From assembly GCA_009835325.1 (NCBI GenBank), contig VXWP01000080.1, forward strand, positions 3,292 through 67,291: a stretch of DNA of 64,000 bases, read 5' to 3'. Each line of letters starts with the position of its first letter. The first letter of the stretch is position 1. This DNA is from Gemmatimonadota bacterium (lineage in GTDB: Bacteria > JAAXHH01). Of this stretch, positions 56,146-64,000 are shown piece after piece. Made by a program: the position numbers and the translations under genes. The notes under the pieces were generated by a model, which saw nothing but the letters and a program-made list of their open reading frames with translations, searched no databases and was not told the origin of the DNA.

Positions 56146-57470
56146 ACGACCTCCATGGGATCGGGGATGGCGTAGGGCTTGACCCGCTGTTCGTGAAGCC
56201 ACTCGGAAAGGTAGTGATCCATCCTGTGCAGGATCTCCGGCTCATCATCGGCCAGGTTGCGCGTCTGGTACGGGTCGTTTCCCATATCGTACAGGGCCAC
56301 CGGTTCGAACCGGTATCCGAAGTCGTCGTAGGTCCTGATCATGAGGTGATCGGGCGTCCGCACCGCCCGCTGCAGCGTGTACAGGCCGTGTCCCCAGACC
56401 AGGTAGTCGTGCTGGCGGCACTGTCCGGTGGCGAGTCCTTCCGCGAAGGACCGCCCGTCGAAGTATTCCGGCACCTCGCCCCCGGCCAGTTCGATCAGCG
56501 TCGCGCTCAGATCCACGTTATACAGTAGATCGCCGCAGGTGGATCCGGGCGGCGTGACCCCCGGCCATTTGATGACCAGCGGGATACGGTGTATGCATTC
56601 GTCGGCGCACACGTGGTCGCCGTAGATGCCGTGCTCCCCCATGGCCTCGCCGTGATCCGCCGAGATGATGACCGCCGTGTCGTTCAGATCGCCCAGGGCG
56701 TCCAGCACTTGCTGAACGTGATGGTCGGTGTACCGGATCTCCGCGTCGTATCCGGTCACCATGTGATTCAGGTCGTCCGTGTTCCGGATGGCGTCCGGCA
56801 TGTTCGGCGTGGGGCTGGGCCTGTCCCCGGGAAAGAGATGTGAAGCGGTAAACCACCCGTCGATGTCCTGGTGGCCGCGGATTGCTTCGCCGTCCGGCCA
56901 GTCCACCGCCGGCGGATGGGCTGCCATGCGGTCGTAACCGTCGCGGGGCGCTTCGTAGACCCGGTGCGGGTCCCAGTAGTTGATGTACAAAAAGAAATCG
57001 TCCCGGCCGCGATTCGCGGCGATCCATCGAAGCACGGCCTCGTTGACTTCGTCCGCCGTCTCCGATCCAGTCTTCAGGTTGGGCGAATGGAACTCCGACC
57101 AGCCCAGCCCGAACCAGGTCGCGCAGTGCCGGGTAGGGAAATTGGAAAAGCAGATGGTATCGAATCCGTGCTGGCGCAGTTTTCTCTGCACCAGCTGGTT
57201 CCGCTCGTCGGGCCCGCCGTACCGCTGTTCCAGGATATGCAGCTTCGATGCGGGACCGCCGTGGGTCACCACGCCGTTGTTAATTCCGAAACGGCCGGTG
57301 ATCCAACCGTGCCTCGACGGCATGCAGGGGGAGTCCGCGCAGTAGTACCGGTCGAACCGCATGCCCTGCGCGGCGATCGCGTCGATGGCGGGGGAGGTCG
57401 GCCGGCCGTAACCGTAGCAACCCAGGTGGTCGGGCCTCAGACTGTCGATATCGAAGAAGACGATGCGCAA
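56121..57470 (-). CDS. Cys-type sulfatase (formylglycine-dependent), apparently cytoplasmic
   Basis: Sulfatase signature C-M-P-S-R-H-G-W-I-T-G-R and metal-binding DIDSLRPDH/DHG motifs. No signal peptide; TTG start with no obvious SD. Confidence 0.85.
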   Translation of the reverse strand: MRIVFFDIDSLRPDHLGCYGYGRPTSPAIDAIAAQGMRFDRYYCADSPCMPSRHGWITGRFGINNGVVTHGGPASKLHILEQRYGGPDERNQLVQRKLRQHGFDTICFSNFPTRHCATWFGLGWSEFHSPNLKTGSETADEVNEAVLRWIAANRGRDDFFLYINYWDPHRVYEAPRDGYDRMAAHPPAVDWPDGEAIRGHQDIDGWFTASHLFPGDRPSPTPNMPDAIRNTDDLNHMVTGYDAEIRYTDHHVQQVLDALGDLNDTAVIISADHGEAMGEHGIYGDHVCADECIHRIPLVIKWPGVTPPGSTCGDLLYNVDLSATLIELAGGEVPEYFDGRSFAEGLATGQCRQHDYLVWGHGLYTLQRAVRTPDHLMIRTYDDFGYRFEPVALYDMGNDPYQTRNLADDEPEILHRMDHYLSEWLHEQRVKPYAIPDPMEVVWQERQTP

Positions 57471-57505
57471 GGAGGATTACCGGTGTCCTGGGTAAGTGAG
57501 AGCCG

Positions 57506-58759
57506 CTAAGCTACGATGGCCTTGTCGATGATGACCTTCATCTTGTCGCCGTGCTTGTGGCGGCCGGCGGCTTCGATGAGGGCTTCGATGGGCAGAAACC
57601 CGTTGTCCTGGAGCCAGTGGGCAATGGCGGCCAGCGCGGCGCCTTTCAGACCGCCCGTCTTCCTGAAGTCCCGGGTCACCAGGTTGGACGGACCGGCCAA
57701 CTCCGCAAGCTCGGGTTCCAGTTTCGAATCCGCGATCACCAGGGTGTGTTCGCCGATGCGAGACCGCACCTTGTCCAGTCCGTCCTGCGATATGACGATC
57801 ATGATGTCGGGACAGTCGATCCCGGTGTAGTGGATAGGCTGCCGGGAGAGGATCACTTCCGCAACGGAGAACCCGGTGCCGATGGTGATGGGATAGTCGC
57901 CCTTCTTGGTGGCGGACAGGCCCGCGGTTATGCCCGCCGTGGAGAGCAGGTCCCCCGCGGACTGGATGGCCTCGCCGGCCGAGCCCGCGACGATAATTTC
58001 CAGGCGGCCGTCGAGCGGCGCCTCGCAGGTGTGTTCGATGGGTTTCAACGCGTCCAGCAGGGACCGTCCGACCGCCCGGTGCGGAAGGCCGACCGCGCGC
58101 GGGTTCCTTGTCACGACGCTTTCGTAGTCCGCCGTATCGTGGAGTTCCTGGACCTTCCGCATTCCGTACGCCGGGCACATTTCAACGATTTCAATCAGCG
58201 AGAACCCCGGCGTGGAGAGGGCCTCCTTCCAGAGTTCGGCCGTGTCCTTGCCGATAAACGTCCGCGCGGTATAGGCCGCGCCGGCGTTGTGGGCCAGCGC
58301 GCAGATGTCGTATCCCGGCACGGCCTCCTCCGGTCGCTCCGGTTCTTTGAACTCGGTGGAGGACAGCCCACTGGTCTGGCCGCCCGTCATGCCGTAGACC
58401 ATGTTGTTCTGCACGACGAGGGTGAGGTCCAGGTTGTGCCGGGCCGCTTCGAGCAGGTGCTGCAGTCCGATCGTGGCGCCCCCGTCGCCCTGCAGGGCGA
58501 TGATCTTCTTGTCCGGATGCTCGAGGCCCATGCGGATGCCCATGGCCAGGGCGACCGCCCGGCCGTGGAGTCCGTGAATCGTATGGCAGGTGAGCAGCGG
58601 GTCCACGAGTCCCGTGCAGCCGATGTCACTCACCACGATGACGTCGAGGGGGTGTACGTCCATATCCGCCAGGGCCTTGCTCATGGACTTGTTGGCGACC
58701 GTATGACCACAGCCCGGGCAGTAGGGCATTTTCAAGTCGTTCAGGATGGTTTCCTGCAT
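57506..58759 (-). CDS. korB: 2-oxoacid:ferredoxin oxidoreductase beta subunit (TPP-binding) fused to a C-terminal gamma-subunit domain
   Basis: N-terminal CPGCGH and TPP-binding GDGG ... NN pattern; C-terminal ~170 aa resemble the POR/KOR gamma subunit (IIVAGSAGEAIQSAGDLL ... ITIGTGF). Overlaps korA by 19 nt. Confidence 0.8.
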   Translation of the reverse strand: MQETILNDLKMPYCPGCGHTVANKSMSKALADMDVHPLDVIVVSDIGCTGLVDPLLTCHTIHGLHGRAVALAMGIRMGLEHPDKKIIALQGDGGATIGLQHLLEAARHNLDLTLVVQNNMVYGMTGGQTSGLSSTEFKEPERPEEAVPGYDICALAHNAGAAYTARTFIGKDTAELWKEALSTPGFSLIEIVEMCPAYGMRKVQELHDTADYESVVTRNPRAVGLPHRAVGRSLLDALKPIEHTCEAPLDGRLEIIVAGSAGEAIQSAGDLLSTAGITAGLSATKKGDYPITIGTGFSVAEVILSRQPIHYTGIDCPDIMIVISQDGLDKVRSRIGEHTLVIADSKLEPELAELAGPSNLVTRDFRKTGGLKGAALAAIAHWLQDNGFLPIEALIEAAGRHKHGDKMKVIIDKAIVA

Positions 58760-59874
58760 TGCCGTACTCCTTCCGCGATCTCCTGCGGAGTGATCATGTG
58801 GCCGATTTTGTTGACGCCATGTATCCGGTCGTGCTGATGGTTTCCGTAGAGCAGTTCCCGCAGCAGGCCGACGATGTTCTCCTCGACGACGACGACGTGC
58901 CGGTATGCCGCAAGCAGTTCGTATATGCGTGGCGGTACCGGCAGCAGCGTCTTCATGACCAGGAGCGATACGGATTCGCCGCCAGTCCGCAGCAGGCCGA
59001 CGGCCTCCCGGGCGGCCTCCGCCGAGATGCCGTAGGTCAGAATGACCGTATCGGCGCTTTCGTCCCGATCGTGGTCGTAAAAAGTGAATTCATCGAGGTT
59101 CTGTTCGACCTTGTTCTTGAGCCGCTCGGTATTGCCGAGGGCCTCGGGACTGTTCTTCTGGGTGATGCCTTCCGTGTCGTGCGTCGATGAATTCAGCCGG
59201 ACCTGGTGCAGGTCGTTGCCCAGGGGCAGAAAGGGCGGCGCCAGGTTGCCGTTCGCCCCGTAGGTCTTGTATTCCCCGTTCCCTTCATGCATATGGCGTT
59301 CCGCGCGCTCAACTTCCTTCAGGCCCGAAATGTCCATGTTCTGGTTGGTCATGACCATTTCCTTCGAGGTCAGCAGCACGACCGGGGTGCGGAGGTCTAC
59401 CGCCGTGTGCACGCTGGCCGCGGCCATGTCCCAGCAGTCGTTCAGGTTCGAAGGGCAGAACACCGGAAGCGAATACCCTCCCGAGATGCATCCCCGCAGC
59501 AGGAGCAAGTCCCCTTGGCCGCCCGTTGTGGCCGACCCGGTGCTCGGACCCAGGCGCTGGGCGAGGATGATGACCATGGGCAGTTCCATCATGAAGGACA
59601 TGTTGATCGATTCGATCATCAGGGCGAAGCCGGGAAAAGCGGAGGCCGTGACGGGAAACACGCCTGACGAGGAGAAACCGGCGGCCCATTGCAGCGCCGT
59701 GATCTCGTCCGGCGCCTCGAGGGCGATGGGGATGCGCTCCTTGGCGCCCGCGAAGAGCCAGTTGACGGGCGTGATGGGATACCCGATGTAGGCGCCCGCG
59801 CCTGCCCGGGCCATCGCCTCGATGATCAGCCTGGACCCGTCCAGGAAGACCATGCGTTCGTTAACAGTCGTCAT
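58741..59874 (-). CDS. korA: 2-oxoacid:ferredoxin oxidoreductase alpha subunit
   Basis: YPITPVN and other pyruvate-flavodoxin/ferredoxin oxidoreductase alpha-domain motifs; 377 aa with no gamma domain. Confidence 0.85.
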   Translation of the reverse strand: MTTVNERMVFLDGSRLIIEAMARAGAGAYIGYPITPVNWLFAGAKERIPIALEAPDEITALQWAAGFSSSGVFPVTASAFPGFALMIESINMSFMMELPMVIILAQRLGPSTGSATTGGQGDLLLLRGCISGGYSLPVFCPSNLNDCWDMAAASVHTAVDLRTPVVLLTSKEMVMTNQNMDISGLKEVERAERHMHEGNGEYKTYGANGNLAPPFLPLGNDLHQVRLNSSTHDTEGITQKNSPEALGNTERLKNKVEQNLDEFTFYDHDRDESADTVILTYGISAEAAREAVGLLRTGGESVSLLVMKTLLPVPPRIYELLAAYRHVVVVEENIVGLLRELLYGNHQHDRIHGVNKIGHMITPQEIAEGVRQCRKPS

Positions 59875-61958
59875 GGTGCTTGTGCTCCCGGCGTGCGCTC
59901 CCGCTCATCTTGAATGGATTCCGCCACGATTTCGGCGATATCCCGGACCCGCATGGGTTCGCCGGCCCGCTTGTTGGCGTCGTTCATCATCCTGGCGCAG
60001 AAGGGACAGCCCACGGCCAGGGTGTCGGCCCCGGTTTCCCTGGCCTCCCGGAAGCGATGGTCGCTGACCGCTTCCCTGCCTTCCTCTTCTTCTTTCCATA
60101 CCTGTGCGCCGCCCGCGCCGCAGCAGAAGGACCGGTTCCGGCTCCGGGCCATTTCCACCAGGGAAGGCCGGGCTGCCGCCAGCGCCTGTCGGGGCGCTTC
60201 GTATTCACCGCCGTGGCGGCCCAGGTAGCACGGGTCGTGATAGGTCGTGCGTGTTTCGTCGCGCCCCGGCATCGCGAGCCGGCCTGCCTTCGACAACTCG
60301 CCGATGAGTTGCGTGTGGTGCAGGACCTCGAAACGGCCCCCCAGCGCGTCATACTCGTTCCCGAGGGTATGCAGGCAGTGGGGGCAACCCGTGACGATGC
60401 GCTTCCGGCCGACCTGGTCGGCGCCCGCGGCGTTCAACGTCTCGATGTTCCCTTCGGCGGCTATACTGAAAAGATACTCGTTTCCGGACCGGCGCGCCAG
60501 ATCTCCCGTACAGGATTCGTCGTTTCCCAGCACGGCGAAGTCCACCCCCGCCCGGTGCAGGACCGTGGCGATGGCCCGCGCCGTTTCCCGGGCGCCGGGG
60601 TCGAAGGCGCCGGCGCAGCCGACCCAGAACAGCACGTCGTAGTCCGGGTTCTCCACAACGGTCGGCACCTTGAAGTCCAGGGATTCGGCCCATTCCATCC
60701 GGTCGCCCGCCATCTGCCAGGGATTGCCGTTCCGTTCGATACCGGTGAAGGCGCCTTTAAGTTCATTCGGAAACGCGCTCTCCATCAGCACCTGGTTCCG
60801 GCGCATGGCGAGGATATCGAACATGGGTTCGTTGCCGACGGGGCAGGCCTCCGTGCAGGCGCCACAGGCCGTGCAGGCCCAGAGCGCGCTTTCGCTCATG
60901 GTGTAGCCCAGCATCGGTTCCGTGTCTTCCCCGCCCGCAGCCAGGGAATTCATGTGGTCGCGAAGGTGATACCGCTTGTTCACCTCCAGGGCCGCGGGAG
61001 ACAATTCCTTGCCCGTGGCATAGGCCGGACAGGCGTCCTGGCACCGGTTGCACATGATGCAGGCGAAAGCGTCGGTGAGATGGGTCCGGTCCAGGTCGGT
61101 GATCCGGCCCGCGCCGAACTGCTCGATGGTCTCGTCTTCGAAATCCAGGGCATCCAGCGTGCCCGGACTGGTCCGTTCAGGGGCGGTCATCAGGTTGAAG
61201 GGACCCATGAACAGGTGGGCGTGTTTCGAATAGGGAAACCAGGGCAGGAAGGCCAGCACCAGCCCGATGGCGATCCACCAGCTGGCGTGCAGGCCGAAAG
61301 TCAGCACGGAAGGTTCCATGCCCGACCAGAGACCGGCTGCCAGCGCCGCGACCGGCTGCCAGGGGTCCGGTCCGCGTAGGGCGATGTCGAAGGATGCGCC
61401 CACGAGCCGGAAGCCGACGTGGCCGAGGATGAAAAACCCCACGATCAGGGAATCCCGCCGGATGCCACCGGCTGCACGGGGGTGCAACTTGACGTTGGGC
61501 GCGACGGCGAGGTCCGTGGATTTAACGATGAACCGGCGGATCAGCAGGGCGGCCATGCCCGCCAGCGCGGCCAGGGTCATGAGATCGACGAGCAGGCGGT
61601 AGACCTGACCGGCGGCCCCGTCTTCCAGAAAAACGAAGCCGGTTACCAGGCCTTCCAGCACGTCCACCAGGTTGACCGCCATGTATAGGATGAAGCCCCA
61701 CGCAATCCCGGTGTGCGCGAGGGAAACCAGCGGCCGGTCGCGGATCATGTTGTTCTGGCCGGCCAGAGCCTTGATTCCGGTCCACAGCCGGCCTCGAAGA
61801 CCATCCCACGCAAGGCGGCCCTGGCCCCGCATAATCGTCCCGATCATGCGCCGGAAGGTGACGGACACCAGGTACAGCGAGACGGCCGCAAGGAGGGCGA
61901 AGAGGATCTTTTCGTAGGGGGAAAGCATCGGCGTCCCGCAATCCCGATGTGCCGCCAA
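59871..61958 (-). CDS. Membrane-bound Fe-S oxidoreductase: N-terminal cytochrome-b-like TM domain, 2x[4Fe-4S] and two CCG domains (HdrD/DsrK-like; EtfAB:quinone oxidoreductase EMO type)
   Basis: ~6 TM with conserved His; CIMCNRCQDACP and CTACGACTEACP ferredoxin motifs; CCG motifs (FWVGCAG; SFCCGAGG). Directly downstream of etfA; ATGA overlap with korA. Confidence 0.8.
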   Translation of the reverse strand: MAAHRDCGTPMLSPYEKILFALLAAVSLYLVSVTFRRMIGTIMRGQGRLAWDGLRGRLWTGIKALAGQNNMIRDRPLVSLAHTGIAWGFILYMAVNLVDVLEGLVTGFVFLEDGAAGQVYRLLVDLMTLAALAGMAALLIRRFIVKSTDLAVAPNVKLHPRAAGGIRRDSLIVGFFILGHVGFRLVGASFDIALRGPDPWQPVAALAAGLWSGMEPSVLTFGLHASWWIAIGLVLAFLPWFPYSKHAHLFMGPFNLMTAPERTSPGTLDALDFEDETIEQFGAGRITDLDRTHLTDAFACIMCNRCQDACPAYATGKELSPAALEVNKRYHLRDHMNSLAAGGEDTEPMLGYTMSESALWACTACGACTEACPVGNEPMFDILAMRRNQVLMESAFPNELKGAFTGIERNGNPWQMAGDRMEWAESLDFKVPTVVENPDYDVLFWVGCAGAFDPGARETARAIATVLHRAGVDFAVLGNDESCTGDLARRSGNEYLFSIAAEGNIETLNAAGADQVGRKRIVTGCPHCLHTLGNEYDALGGRFEVLHHTQLIGELSKAGRLAMPGRDETRTTYHDPCYLGRHGGEYEAPRQALAAARPSLVEMARSRNRSFCCGAGGAQVWKEEEEGREAVSDHRFREARETGADTLAVGCPFCARMMNDANKRAGEPMRVRDIAEIVAESIQDERERTPGAQAP

Positions 61959-61986
61959 AGGAAGACGCGATGCACGGAGTGCCGGG

Positions 61987-62973
61987 TTACCGGCCCAGCC
62001 GTTTCCTCACTTCTTCCGCGATGGCGGGCAGGTAACTGAAGAGGTCGCCGGCGATGCCGTAGTGGGCGTACCTGTATAGCGGCACGTCGGCGTCCTTGTT
62101 GATCGCCACGATCACGCGGGCGTTTTTCATGCCCGCCAGGTGCTGTATCGCACCGGAAATCCCGCAGGCGATGTACAGGTCGGGCTGTACCGTCTTCCCG
62201 GTCTGGCCGACCTGGTGGGCGTAGGGTATCCACCCGGCGTCAACCGCGGCCCTGCTGGCGCCGAGCGCGCCGCCCAGGGCGTCCGCCAGTTCTCGAACGG
62301 GCTGGAAACCCTCCGGTCCGCCCACGCCGCGGCCACCCGATACGATGATGCTCGCCTCGGTCAGACTGACGGTGCCGTCCGCGGTCTCCACGGACGCCAC
62401 GCTGGTGGGGATCTCGTCCTCCGCCAGCACGGCAGGTACCTCGATGATCTCCCCGGTCCGGGACGGATCGGGTTCCACCGGCTGGAAGATATTGCGCCGC
62501 ACCGTGATGAAACGATGCCCGGTGCCCTTGAACGTCACGGTGGATACCAGGTTGCCGACCAGCGCGGGGCGGACCGCCACCAATTGGTCGCCTTCCAAGC
62601 GCAGGTCGGTGCAGTCCGGCGCCAGGGCCGCACCGTCGAGAGCGGCGACGTAGGCCGAAAGCTCCAGGCCGGCCGTACTCGCACCCATCAGGACCACGGA
62701 CGGCGGCTCGTTCTCCAGGATCCGAGCCAGGAGTTTCGCATGGGGTTCCACGCGGTAGCGGCACAGTGAAGGGTCTTCGGCGGTGTACACGCGGTCCGCG
62801 CCGGCCTCGATGGCCTGCCCGGCGATCTCGCCGACGCCGTCGCCTATCACGACGGCGGCAAGCGTTCCGCCGAGATCACCGGCGACTTTCCCCGCTGCGG
62901 CCATCGCCTGCCAGGCGATCGGGTCCGCCTGTCCGTCTTCCTGTTCAATCCATACGAGTAAGTTGCTTGCCAT
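61987..62973 (-). CDS. etfA: Electron transfer flavoprotein alpha subunit
   Basis: ETF alpha N-terminal domain and FAD-binding C-terminus ([15 protein letters not shown] ... AINKD). Confidence 0.9.
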   Translation of the reverse strand: MASNLLVWIEQEDGQADPIAWQAMAAAGKVAGDLGGTLAAVVIGDGVGEIAGQAIEAGADRVYTAEDPSLCRYRVEPHAKLLARILENEPPSVVLMGASTAGLELSAYVAALDGAALAPDCTDLRLEGDQLVAVRPALVGNLVSTVTFKGTGHRFITVRRNIFQPVEPDPSRTGEIIEVPAVLAEDEIPTSVASVETADGTVSLTEASIIVSGGRGVGGPEGFQPVRELADALGGALGASRAAVDAGWIPYAHQVGQTGKTVQPDLYIACGISGAIQHLAGMKNARVIVAINKDADVPLYRYAHYGIAGDLFSYLPAIAEEVRKRLGR

Positions 62974-62988
62974 CAGTTCATTTTCCGC

Positions 62989-63780
62989 CTAAATGACTTT
63001 TTCATCCAACAACCGGTCTACCAGGGTCCTGGCCGCGTCTTCGGGGCCGCCGTCGATCATCTCGATGTGCGCTTCCCGCTCCGGAGGCAGCGCCGTCCGC
63101 CATTCGACCCCCGAGGCCCCGGCGCCCACGCCGGCCGTATCGAGACCGAGATCCTCGCAACGCCACACCGGTATTTGGGCCCGGGCCGCCTTGCGTATGC
63201 CGATGAGGCTCGGATACCGAGGTTCGTTGATCTCCTTGACGACCGTGATCAGGGCCGGAAGCCGGCTGGTGACCGTCTCCCGCGCTTTCTCGAGCAGTCT
63301 GACCGCCGAGAGGGTCCGGTCGGACGGATCCAGGTTCCGGAGTTCCGCCACATAGGAAACGAGCGGCACACCGAGCAGGGCCGCGATCTGCACGGCCGTC
63401 GCGGCCGTATTGCCGTCGATCGCCGCCCGGCCCCCGACGATCAGGTCGAAGGCACCGATTTTGCGGATGGCCGCGACCAGGATGCGCGCCGAAGCAAGGC
63501 TGTCGCTGTCCGCCATGGCCGGGTCCGAAACCAGGACGGCTTCATCCACGCCCATGGCCAGGGCGGTCTTCAACGCGTCGGCGGCTTCGGGAGGTCCCAG
63601 GCTCAGCGCGGTCACCTTGCCGCCGTGCTCTTCCCGGGCCTGTATGGCCGTTTCCAGCGTGTACTCGTCCCAGGGGTTGACGATCCGGGGTCCGCCCTCG
63701 GCGGACAGCTTGAGGCCGTCCATGGAGGCGGACAACTGCGCCGTATCGGGCGTCTGCTTCACCAGGGCGATGATGTTCAA
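62989..63780 (-). CDS. etfB: Electron transfer flavoprotein beta subunit
   Basis: MNIIALVKQTPDT N-terminus, ETF beta AMP-binding fold, typical LGVPLVSYV region. Confidence 0.9.
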   Translation of the reverse strand: MNIIALVKQTPDTAQLSASMDGLKLSAEGGPRIVNPWDEYTLETAIQAREEHGGKVTALSLGPPEAADALKTALAMGVDEAVLVSDPAMADSDSLASARILVAAIRKIGAFDLIVGGRAAIDGNTAATAVQIAALLGVPLVSYVAELRNLDPSDRTLSAVRLLEKARETVTSRLPALITVVKEINEPRYPSLIGIRKAARAQIPVWRCEDLGLDTAGVGAGASGVEWRTALPPEREAHIEMIDGGPEDAARTLVDRLLDEKVI

Positions 63781-63865
63781 GTAACCGTTACCTCGCTATG
63801 TACCTTGTCGTGACAGCGTGGCCGCACGCGGTCTACGGTCGACGTGGCCGCACGTGGTCAGCGGT

Positions 63866-64000
63866 CAGTCCTGCCAGTATTCCGGATCGTAGGCGGGCAT
63901 CTCGCACCGGAGCGGGCGGTCCGTCCGATTGCCGAACTCATAGTCCGCCTGCATGAGCTGGTGGATCTGCGACGTGCCCTCGTAGATCACCGCGCTCTTG
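63866..64000 (-). CDS. Acyl-CoA dehydrogenase, C-terminal fragment (gene continues beyond the window end)
   Basis: The minus-strand translation ends [22 protein letters not shown]...*, the ACAD C-terminal signature; stop at 63866-63868. Confidence 0.7.

Noticed and set aside
56146-56202. Upstream part of the 54205-56202 membrane-protein ORF (alternative GTG start at 56202).
   Set aside because: No RBS precedes 56202, whereas the in-frame GTG at 56145 is preceded by GGAGGT. The start remains uncertain; the longer model would add only 19 non-hydrophobic residues.
1-64000. Screen for mobile elements, integrases, transposases, phage genes, toxin-antitoxin pairs and defence-system ATPases/nucleases.
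   Set aside because: No ORF in any frame shows transposase DDE, integrase tyrosine-recombinase, Cas or restriction-modification motifs. The window looks like core chromosome plus metabolic accessory genes.

Overview
High-GC (~65-70%) bacterial chromosomal segment, densely coded with many 4-bp (ATGA/TGAATG) gene overlaps. All calls rest on reading the six-frame translations and the DNA directly; no database search was possible.

First ~24 kb, all on the + strand: a division/cell-wall (dcw) cluster mraZ-rsmH-ftsL-ftsI-murE-murF-ftsW-murC-murB-ftsQ-ftsA-ftsZ, preceded by a near-consensus promoter and a three-box MraZ operator. mraY, murD, murG and ddl are absent from their usual slots. Then valS, a TrpH/YciV-like PHP phosphoesterase, the elongasome cluster mreB-mreC-mreD-mrdA-rodA, lgt, comF-like, a probable PPi-dependent pfk, tpiA, secG and tRNA-Leu(GAG).

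The remaining ~36 kb is metabolic/accessory:
- three family-5 solute-binding proteins with no adjacent permease or ATPase genes, one of them co-operonic with an amidohydrolase-2 enzyme and a small Rieske protein;
- aldo-keto reductase, CorC/CNNM, AbgT, APC permease, AEC transporter, SDR, DAGK-like kinase, AI-2E transporter and dCMP deaminase;
- a tightly coupled three-gene operon: Fe(II)/2OG-oxygenase-like, FAD-dependent oxidoreductase, NapH-like membrane polyferredoxin;
- a PhyH-dioxygenase/HEAT-repeat fusion protein;
- a signal-peptide-less Cys-type sulfatase translationally coupled to a ~646-aa, ~14-TM membrane protein of unrecognised family;
- a minus-strand module of acyl-CoA dehydrogenase, EtfB, EtfA, an EMO-like cytochrome-b/CCG Fe-S oxidoreductase, KorA and a KorB-gamma fusion.

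No CRISPR arrays, rRNA genes, IS elements or phage genes were seen. The genome segment carries many short in-frame and intergenic tandem repeats. One 26-bp minisatellite is shared, in opposite orientation, between murE and a solute-binding-protein gene 23 kb away.
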